A stretch of 46,896 bases of DNA, taken from Minisyncoccota bacterium. GTDB taxonomy: Bacteria; Patescibacteriota; Minisyncoccia; Phycocordibacterales; Phycocordibacteraceae. The DNA is taken from contig JBAYUT010000002.1 in assembly GCA_041674945.1 (NCBI GenBank), positions 1 through 46,896 on the forward strand. Direction: 5' to 3'. The notes under the pieces were generated by a model that saw only the letters and a list, made by a program, of their open reading frames with translations, did not search any database and was not told where the DNA came from. Shown piece by piece: positions 40,828 through 46,896 of this stretch (positions are counted from its first letter, which is position 1; each line of letters begins with the position of its first letter). The position numbers and the translations under genes were made by a program.

Positions 40828-41313
40828 CTACGGGGTTCCTGCGGCGCCCCTGGTGGCCGCCTCGAGAGCGCGCGCGGCATAGTGCGCCATCGACTCTGCA
40901 GAGGAGTCCAGAAGCGCCTGCGGCCCCTCTGCGGTCTCCAAGAGATATGCTCCCGGCTCCGTGCCAGAAACAAAAACCTCGTACTCCTCCCGAGCGGGGC
41001 CGTACCACACGGGGTACATCCGGGCCATCCTTGTCCACGTGCGGCCGGTGCGCGTGCCGAGGATCACCTCGCCGAGTACCCCCTTGGGGTAGAGAGTGGT
41101 CTCGTACTCCAACCTGCCATGCGGCAGTGTGACTTTCACGCTTGAGAAATAGCCTGCCACCTCTCGCCCAGGGAAAGTGAGCGATGGAGCCTCGTGTGCT
41201 GCCGGTGTTGATACCAGAGGCGTTTGCGGCTCGGGGGTATACAGCAGAACGGCTACTGCAAAGAGTACGAGTGCCATCCATGCTGCGGTTGGAACTTTTT
41301 GTATGCGATTCAT
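40828..41313 (-). CDS. membrane-anchored/secreted hypothetical protein (162 aa)
   Basis: AAGGGAG Shine-Dalgarno before ATG 41313. Signal anchor AAWMALVLFAVAVLLY. The longer ORF-track version (to 41571) has an implausible Arg/Pro-rich extension. Confidence 0.5.
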   Translation of the reverse strand: MNRIQKVPTAAWMALVLFAVAVLLYTPEPQTPLVSTPAAHEAPSLTFPGREVAGYFSSVKVTLPHGRLEYETTLYPKGVLGEVILGTRTGRTWTRMARMYPVWYGPAREEYEVFVSGTEPGAYLLETAEGPQALLDSSAESMAHYAARALEAATRGAAGTP

Positions 41314-41440
41314 GCGACTGACTCCCTTTTTGGGCGCTGACAAACCGGTGACGCACCAATTGCGCAACGGGGACAAGCCAGCGCAAATGGTACCGCCACT
41401 CTGGAGTGTGTCAACAAAGCGGCCGCGCCCCGCTCTACAT

Positions 41441-41478
41441 AATAGGAAAACCCACCTCTCGCGCGACGGAGAGGTGGG
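41441..41478 (-). terminator. intrinsic terminator
   Basis: CCCACCTCTC-8 nt-GAGAGGTGGG. On the minus strand it is followed by TTTTCCTATT. Confidence 0.6.
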
Positions 41479-41503
41479 TCTCCGCCGCCCGAGGGCGGGT
41501 TGG

Positions 41504-41773
41504 TCACGAATAGTGAAGGGCGCGTTCTTTGGTCTGCTTGGTCCTCCTGGGCCAGGCCAGGTCGAAGACAATCGCGGCTACGATGACGAATGTAAAGGCT
41601 CCCGTACCCCCGTTGCCCCACGATACCCAGGTCGAGATCTGAGGGCTGATGTCGCGATCCAGCGTTAAGGTCATCCATGCACCCTCCATGCAGCCGAACG
41701 CCACGATCCCCGCGAGGGCACCACTCACGGTCGCGAGAATGAATGCTCTTGCTTTGAGAAGGAATGTTCTCAC
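41504..41773 (-). CDS. small two-TM membrane protein (89 aa)
   Basis: GTG start with an AGGAGG Shine-Dalgarno 6 nt upstream. Two hydrophobic helices. Confidence 0.45.
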   Translation of the reverse strand: MRTFLLKARAFILATVSGALAGIVAFGCMEGAWMTLTLDRDISPQISTWVSWGNGGTGAFTFVIVAAIVFDLAWPRRTKQTKERALHYS

Positions 41774-41907
41774 TCCTGACCTCCTGTTCGTGTATTGCTT
41801 GCGCTCGCCAATGCGAGCGTGCTACCGATGGTGACTTTAGCATATTGCGGCAAAATGTCAGTCTGAACCCTGGTGACGTTTGGGCCATTTAATCGTATAC
41901 TTTACCC

Positions 41908-42945
41908 ATGACACTAAAGTCCCTTCAGCACTATTTTCTTATTGTGCTCATTGTTGTCACCTCTACTCTCTGCTTCTTTATATTCCAGTCCTATCTGGTT
42001 GTCTTGGTCCTTGCTGCCGTCTTCGCGGTCGTGCTCCAGCCGCTACACCGACTCGTTCTGCGAGTGATGCGGGGCTTGCCTGGCCTTGCGGCGGCGGTGA
42101 CTATCTTGCTTACGGTCACATGCGTACTAGTCCCGCTGACCTTTATTGCGTTCCAGGTGCTGAGCGAGGCGCAACAGCTCTACACCGCTATTGCAGTTGG
42201 CGAGGGGAACATACATTTCAGTGCGGTTATCCAGGACGCGAACCGAGCGGTATCTCAGTATGCGCCCGGCCTCGCAGTGTCTGAGGCAGACCTCGCCCTA
42301 TCGATCGACCAGTATAGCCAGGAAGCACTCTCGTGGCTCGTGCACAGTCTCGGCAATGTCTTTGGTAGTGTCGCACGCCTTTTATTTGACCTCTTTATAT
42401 TTGTGATTGCGCTCTATTATCTGCTGCGCGACGGCATTCGTCTCAAGCAGTGGGTTGCTGAGGCTACCCCCTTGAGTGATGCCGATGACAATAAGATATT
42501 TGCCCGCCTCGAAGGGGCGGTCAACTCAGTCATACGCGGTAGCCTTACCATTGCGATCGTGCAGGGCATCCTTACGGCCACAGGGTTTAGCCTGTTTGGT
42601 GTGCCAAACGCAATCCTCTGGGGAGTGGTCGCCGCACTTGCCTCCCTTATCCCAGGTATTGGCACGGCGCTCGTCCTCGCGCCTGCAGTCGCCTATCTGT
42701 TTATTGTCGGGGCAACCCTTCCTGCGGTGGGTCTGCTCGTCTGGGGCGTGCTCGCGGTGGGTATGATCGACAACTTTCTTGGCCCGAAGCTCATGGGCAA
42801 GGGGATGCGTTTGCACCCGTTGCTGGTGCTGCTCTCGGTCCTTGGTGGGCTCGCGTTCTTCGGTGCAGCAGGACTCTTCATCGGCCCGCTCAGTATCAGT
42901 CTACTCTTTGCGCTGCTTGCGGCGTCGCATTACGTTATCGACTAG
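41908..42945 (+). CDS. AI-2E family transporter (PerM/YhhT-like, UPF0118)
   Basis: 345 aa, about 8 TM helices, with the typical ...GLSLFGVPNAILWGVVAALASLIPGIG... core. GTGACG-17-TATACT lies 6 nt upstream of the ATG. Confidence 0.8.
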   Translation: MTLKSLQHYFLIVLIVVTSTLCFFIFQSYLVVLVLAAVFAVVLQPLHRLVLRVMRGLPGLAAAVTILLTVTCVLVPLTFIAFQVLSEAQQLYTAIAVGEGNIHFSAVIQDANRAVSQYAPGLAVSEADLALSIDQYSQEALSWLVHSLGNVFGSVARLLFDLFIFVIALYYLLRDGIRLKQWVAEATPLSDADDNKIFARLEGAVNSVIRGSLTIAIVQGILTATGFSLFGVPNAILWGVVAALASLIPGIGTALVLAPAVAYLFIVGATLPAVGLLVWGVLAVGMIDNFLGPKLMGKGMRLHPLLVLLSVLGGLAFFGAAGLFIGPLSISLLFALLAASHYVID

Positions 42946-43005
42946 CACCGCGGACGCGGTGCTCTGTACCATACCGTTGTAACAATAGTGCTGAGCGGGT
43001 TCCCT

Positions 43006-43014
43006 TGTTAGAAT
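43006..43014 (+). promoter_or_regulatory. extended -10 box TGtTAGAAT, 6 nt upstream of ATG 43021
   Basis: TG at 43006-43007, TAGAAT at 43009..43014. Confidence 0.45.
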
Positions 43015-43020
43015 GTCAGC

Positions 43021-43980
43021 ATGGAGACCTACTTTTTATTTATCATTGGTTTTGTTTTCTTAATTCAGGGAGCAAGCTTATTGGTAGACGGGGCAGCGGC
43101 GATTGCGAAGAGGTTGCATATCTCGAGCCTTGTCATAGGCCTAACCATCGTTGCCTTCGGTACCTCCGCTCCTGAGCTCATCGTGAATATTTTTGCGAGC
43201 CTAAACGGCAGTACCGATATTGCGATTGGGAATATCTTAGGGAGCAACATCGTCAACGTCTTTTTAATCTTGGGCATTGCTTCGGTAATCTACCCGCTCC
43301 GTAGTCAGAAGAACACCGTCTGGAAGGAAATTCCGTTGTCTCTGCTTGCTGCGGTGATTCTCGGCGTCTTGGTCAATGATATGCGAATCGATGGCGGAGC
43401 TTTCTCCGGCCTCACAAGGATCGACGGTCTGGTATTGCTCGCTTTTTTTATCATCTTTTTGTACTACACCTTTGGTATCGCAAGATCGTCAGACGAAACG
43501 GATGCCGGTGATGAGATTAAAGATCTGACGTACGCACGGTCATGGGCCTATATAGTCTTAGGATTTGCAGGACTAGTCGTAGGAGGCAAATGGATCGTGG
43601 ACGGTGCGGTGCAGATCGCAACTGCGCTGCAGGTGAGCCAGTCGCTCATTGGGCTAACGGTTGTCGCTATTGGCACCTCACTGCCAGAGCTCGCCACCTC
43701 GGCGATTGCTGCATATAAGAAACAGTCTGATATTGCCATTGGCAATGTTGTCGGCTCGAACATTTTCAATATCTTCTTTATCCTCGGTATCAGTTCAATA
43801 ATCAAACCGCTTCCCTTCAGTCCGAGCGCTGACATCGATATCCTGATGACCATCGCGGCCAGTGTGCTGTTGTTTGTGGTGATGTTCGTGGGCAAGAGAC
43901 ACGTCCTGCAGAAGTGGCAGGGTATCGTGATGATCCTTATATACATCGCCTACATCGTTTTCCTGGTCAGCACGAAGTAG
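43021..43980 (+). CDS. Ca2+/Na+ antiporter (CaCA family, YrbG-like)
   Basis: Two alpha-repeats: GTSAPELIVNI...IGNILGSNIVNVF and GTSLPELATSA...IGNVVGSNIFNIF. Confidence 0.85.
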   Translation: METYFLFIIGFVFLIQGASLLVDGAAAIAKRLHISSLVIGLTIVAFGTSAPELIVNIFASLNGSTDIAIGNILGSNIVNVFLILGIASVIYPLRSQKNTVWKEIPLSLLAAVILGVLVNDMRIDGGAFSGLTRIDGLVLLAFFIIFLYYTFGIARSSDETDAGDEIKDLTYARSWAYIVLGFAGLVVGGKWIVDGAVQIATALQVSQSLIGLTVVAIGTSLPELATSAIAAYKKQSDIAIGNVVGSNIFNIFFILGISSIIKPLPFSPSADIDILMTIAASVLLFVVMFVGKRHVLQKWQGIVMILIYIAYIVFLVSTK

Positions 43981-43987
43981 GTCTCCT

Positions 43988-44887
43988 CTACTTTCTAAAG
44001 AATAGTGCGCCTAGTATGAGGCCGAGTATAGTTCCCATGCCGGCGATGGCCGCCACCACCGATGCGGGATACCAGTCATTTCCGGGCCCCGCCGGTAGAG
44101 AGGCTGAGCTCGTGGCGGTGCCGACGGGCTTGTCGTCGGCAGTGGGTGTCGCCGCGGCACCTACCCGGTCGCGTTCCAAGACTACGAGCGTTGCTGCGCT
44201 TGGCAGAAGAGGGCTCTGGTATTTCCAGGCGTCGGAGGTGTAGGTCTTGTCGAGGCCATCGACACCGCCTACAGGGTAAAGTGTCTCGTTTACATAGCCA
44301 CCCTCGAAGCAATCTCCCTTGGTGGAGAGAAGTAGGACGATCTTTTTGTCATATCCGGGAATAGCGTACCCCGCAAAAAGAAAGGGCTGGTCAATAGCGC
44401 ATCCAATAATCGGCATCTCGGCAACCTTTTTTGTTCCCTGATAGACTCTTGTGGTGAAGTGAGATTGCGCAATGCCGTCGCTCTCCGGATAGGTGTTCTC
44501 AGCGCGAACAAAATCAACGTCAACCGCGATAGTGTTCTTGGGCAGGTGTATTGGCGTGAGGTCCTTAAAGTCCTTCACTATTGTGTTGATCGCCAACTGT
44601 ACCGCCGTAGCGCCGCCACTACCGTTGGCCTGCATCAATGCCTCGCCCTGACTACACGAGAACACGACGTCGGTCTTGCCTGTAGCGAGGGACATCTTCC
44701 ATAGCTCGGGAGGGCAGCCTCTGCCACCCTCGCTCTGTCGCACGTAATAGACCGACTCGTTGGTGGGATTGTAGGTGAACGAGTAAACGTAGGTGGGGCC
44801 GCCCGTCGTGGCGTGAGACGGCGCAGGGAACGCACAGACGAGGGCGAGCGTGAGAAGAAAAAGCGTTCGACGCGAAGAGGTGTGCAT
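43988..44887 (-). CDS. secreted hypothetical protein with C-terminal TM anchor and basic tail
   Basis: Signal peptide ...CAFPAPSHA/TT. The C-terminus reads LPAGPGNDWYPASVVAAIAGMGTILGLILGALFFRK. TGcTAGAGT lies 8 nt upstream of ATG 44887. Confidence 0.5.
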   Translation of the reverse strand: MHTSSRRTLFLLTLALVCAFPAPSHATTGGPTYVYSFTYNPTNESVYYVRQSEGGRGCPPELWKMSLATGKTDVVFSCSQGEALMQANGSGGATAVQLAINTIVKDFKDLTPIHLPKNTIAVDVDFVRAENTYPESDGIAQSHFTTRVYQGTKKVAEMPIIGCAIDQPFLFAGYAIPGYDKKIVLLLSTKGDCFEGGYVNETLYPVGGVDGLDKTYTSDAWKYQSPLLPSAATLVVLERDRVGAAATPTADDKPVGTATSSASLPAGPGNDWYPASVVAAIAGMGTILGLILGALFFRK

Positions 44888-44919
44888 ACGCGTCAACTCT
44901 AGCATGATGGAGACGGAAC

Positions 44920-45489
44920 CTACTCGAGATAACCGTAACACTTCGCAAGTGATGGCCCGTCTGCTAAACGTGGATCGCCCGGGATTGGCTCCGAGCGCCC
45001 AATGCAGGTCTTTTTAGTTCGCTGAAATTCCGCGTAGGTTTCTGGCGATACAAACCCGGGATATACAGTGTAAATCTCATATGTAGTTTCACCTTCAAGG
45101 CGCGGCGGGTTGGCAAGACAGGCAGAGAGCTCGGCTGTCTGTGTCCATCCACACGAACCAGTAGCCTGGCGCTCGCAGGTGGCCCTCTGATAGCAGGCGT
45201 ACTCGGCGCGGTACTCGCAGGTACTTGCGAAGCCGTCTCCGCCCGCACGCTCCTCGACACAGAGCTGGCCACTGCACCCGCCTCGAACGCACGACTTTGC
45301 GATCGCGTCAGGTGTTGTCGGTTGTGGTTGCATCGTAGTTATCGGTTCTGCGCTTGCGTCGGGCTTCTGCGGAGCCGGAGCGACCGATCGGTCCGCAAGA
45401 TAGTATCCGCCGACCGCAAGCAAGACGCCGACAAAAGCGATAAGTGCTGGCACGACGAATCCTCGGTAGTTATTGTTCATAGTATTCAT
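44920..45489 (-). CDS. membrane-anchored protein with an eight-cysteine extracytoplasmic domain
   Basis: TM helix FVVPALIAFVGVLLAVGGYYL, then CVRGGCSGQLCVEE...STCEYRAEYACYQRATCERQATGSCGW...SACL (8 Cys). Start uncertain: 45585, 45489 or 45480. Confidence 0.5.
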   Translation of the reverse strand: MNTMNNNYRGFVVPALIAFVGVLLAVGGYYLADRSVAPAPQKPDASAEPITTMQPQPTTPDAIAKSCVRGGCSGQLCVEERAGGDGFASTCEYRAEYACYQRATCERQATGSCGWTQTAELSACLANPPRLEGETTYEIYTVYPGFVSPETYAEFQRTKKTCIGRSEPIPGDPRLADGPSLAKCYGYLE

Positions 45490-45581
45490 AGTAGCACCTG
45501 AGCAGAACGGGGAAAAAGAAAAGCCGCCTCCCGTCGAGACGAGAGAGCCTGCGCTCTCCTCGTCTCGCCAGGTGGCGACTG

Positions 45582-45902
45582 TCATGCGACCCAGCGCCTG
45601 AAATACAGGCGGAACCGCTCGAGCGATGTGGCCCGAGCATTGAGCAGGGACAGCCGGAGCTTGTGATGATCCATCTTAATCTCGCGCGCGTACACGAGTG
45701 CACGCTCGCTTCTCGTGAGCGTCGAGGGTGTGCATGCCTCGAGCGCTTCAATGTCCTTGCGGATCGCCATCGCGACCGCCTCGCGCTCGGCCGGTAGCCA
45801 CCGCTTGCTCACGCTGACCTTTTGCCTCTCGGTAGCTGTTTCCACTTCCATAGGTACATCCTTCTTCTCGATAGACTCGCGCAGAAGATTTGCGTAAGCC
45901 AT
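45582..45902 (-). CDS. hypothetical protein (106 aa)
   Basis: Preceded by the TTGACA-17-TACTAT promoter. No family recognised. Confidence 0.45.
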   Translation of the reverse strand: MAYANLLRESIEKKDVPMEVETATERQKVSVSKRWLPAEREAVAMAIRKDIEALEACTPSTLTRSERALVYAREIKMDHHKLRLSLLNARATSLERFRLYFRRWVA

Positions 45903-45916
45903 AGCACAACCAACGC

Positions 45917-45945
45917 ATAGTACCTATCTATTCTATAGCTGTCAA
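45917..45945 (-). promoter_or_regulatory. sigma70 promoter TTGACA-17-TACTAT
   Basis: Minus strand: TTGACA at 45945..45940 and TACTAT at 45922..45917. Confidence 0.55.
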
Positions 45946-45971
45946 TAGAGAGCCGCGAGAGGGTAACAGAG

Positions 45972-46010
45972 ACACTCGACAGGAGCCGAGGCTCTGTCGA
46001 GTGTTATGTT
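45972..46010. terminator. 11-bp hairpin directly after the 46011..46706 gene
   Basis: ACACTCGACAG-11 nt-CTGTCGAGTGT. The T-run (TATGTTTT) is on the plus-strand side, so the orientation is ambiguous. Confidence 0.4.
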
Positions 46011-46706
46011 TTAGGCCCCTTCTCGTAGGGATTGCCTATTCGGAGAGGATCTCAGCCACTCGGTTCTTGAGCTTCTTGCGCAGGGGCTGCGCTCCCGTAT
46101 GCCGGTCTTGTTGTCGACCATCTCGTAGTAGCCAGATTTCCTGCCCCAGTGGCCGCTAATGCGGAATCGGCCGTCGGCGGATATCAGGTCGGTGCCGTCG
46201 ATCTTCTTCCATTGCAGCGTCTCGTCTCCTTGTAGGTAGCGATTGAGACCCTCGATGAGCTCGGGCGACAAGCGGACGCCCTTGAGCCGAGTGAGAATCG
46301 ATGGGTCTACCTTGTGTATCCTCTCGGTGCGCACCGGCACACGGCAGAGGCAGGTGATGCCCAGGTCGAGCATCTCGAAATGCTCACGAGGCAACACGTG
46401 GATGTAGCCAGTGGTAAAGCGTAGGCCAGAACCCCTGACGTCCCAGCATGCATCCCTCGTGTTCAAGTGCCAGTTGATGCCCGGCGCAGGTGCCGCAAGA
46501 TCGTGCCGCATGACGGCTCTGAAGATAGGTACCTCCACCGTCATTGACGCGTAGATCGCGTGCTGATTGGACAGCGGGTCCTCGTGCACGATGGTGGGCG
46601 TCTGTGGCTCGACCACCTCGAGCGGCCGGTCAGAGCCGTGGAGCACATACGTATCGTGAGGAATCCTCTGAAGAACAGAGGGACTCCGGGTGCTGATTAT
46701 ATTCAC
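46011..46706 (-). CDS. hypothetical protein (231 aa), no recognisable domain
   Basis: GTG start with GAAGGG upstream. Has a CTGACA-16-TGaTATAGT promoter. Confidence 0.5.
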   Translation of the reverse strand: MNIISTRSPSVLQRIPHDTYVLHGSDRPLEVVEPQTPTIVHEDPLSNQHAIYASMTVEVPIFRAVMRHDLAAPAPGINWHLNTRDACWDVRGSGLRFTTGYIHVLPREHFEMLDLGITCLCRVPVRTERIHKVDPSILTRLKGVRLSPELIEGLNRYLQGDETLQWKKIDGTDLISADGRFRISGHWGRKSGYYEMVDNKTGIRERSPCARSSRTEWLRSSPNRQSLREGA

Positions 46707-46739
46707 ATTGCCCTTCGGTCACGGTTTCAGTCCGGGGAG

Positions 46740-46767
46740 ACTATATCATGAAAGTTACTTTTGTCAG
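46740..46767 (-). promoter_or_regulatory. promoter CTGACA-16-TGaTATAGT
   Basis: Minus strand: CTGACA at 46767..46762 and TATAGT at 46745..46740, with TG at 46748-46747. Confidence 0.45.
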
Positions 46768-46896
46768 CTTCAGCGTAATGGTTCAATAGCTTGTGAACAC
46801 TAGCCCTAACACAAGCCCCATGTACACCACGAATGAAAAGATGCCTCGGATTAGAAGAGATGCCGTGGCATTTGCTGAGAAGCATGGGGTCAGGAA

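Noticed and set aside
40691-41571. ORF 40691..41386 (minus) and the long N-terminal extension of ORF 40828..41571.
   Set aside because: ORF 40691..41386 overlaps both the pilin gene and the 162-aa gene out of frame. The extension is Arg/Pro/Gly-rich, whereas ATG 41313 has an AAGGGAG Shine-Dalgarno and begins a proper signal anchor.
1-46896. CRISPR arrays, rRNA genes, and stop-codon reassignment (UGA or UAG recoding, as in some CPR lineages).
   Set aside because: No regularly spaced direct repeats were seen and no rRNA-like sequence. Conserved genes (gyrA, infB, the ATPase, the kinases) read through without in-frame TGA/TAG and end on ordinary stops, so the standard code applies.

Overview
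Compact, high-GC bacterial chromosomal segment. Sampled 60-nt lines give about 33-38 G+C of 60. It uses the standard genetic code: conserved genes end on TAA/TAG/TGA with no in-frame stops.

Gene content suggests a reduced-genome Patescibacteria/CPR (Parcubacteria-like) organism. This is inference from the short 488-aa IF-2, the tandem VirB2/TrbC-like 'pilin' paralogues, a DUF5679-type zinc-ribbon protein, many small membrane or secreted proteins, and almost no metabolism.

Housekeeping genes: rpsA (partial), gyrA, infB-rbfA, 4 tRNAs, tsaC, mscL, mltG, a cold-shock protein and a cysteine desulfurase-like enzyme.

Accessory content worth a second look:
1. One operon (5597-10362) encodes a SAM-methyltransferase, an orphan solute-binding-like protein and six tandem two-TM 'pilin-type' paralogues with unrelated ectodomains.
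2. A low-GC insert (~27.9-31.5 kb) carries a Cys-rich membrane protein and a SET-domain methyltransferase. The SET gene is translationally coupled to the first of three tandem 7TM histidine kinases, and no response regulator is present in the window.
3. A second SET gene is followed, in frame after its TAG stop, by a start-less relic of a papain-like (C39-like) peptidase.
4. A ~230-nt promoter-to-terminator unit (38881-39146) has no ORF but has stem and pseudoknot complementarity, so it is a candidate structured ncRNA.
5. A 147-nt mosaic of tRNA-Leu pieces lies next to tRNA-Leu(TAG).
6. A P-type ATPase with an atypical TM4 motif is coupled to GT2 and PAP2-like genes.
7. A TGnTAnnnT box sits 6-8 nt upstream of the ATG of many first-in-operon genes, implying widespread leaderless mRNAs.

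No CRISPR array, rRNA or clear intact mobile element was seen.
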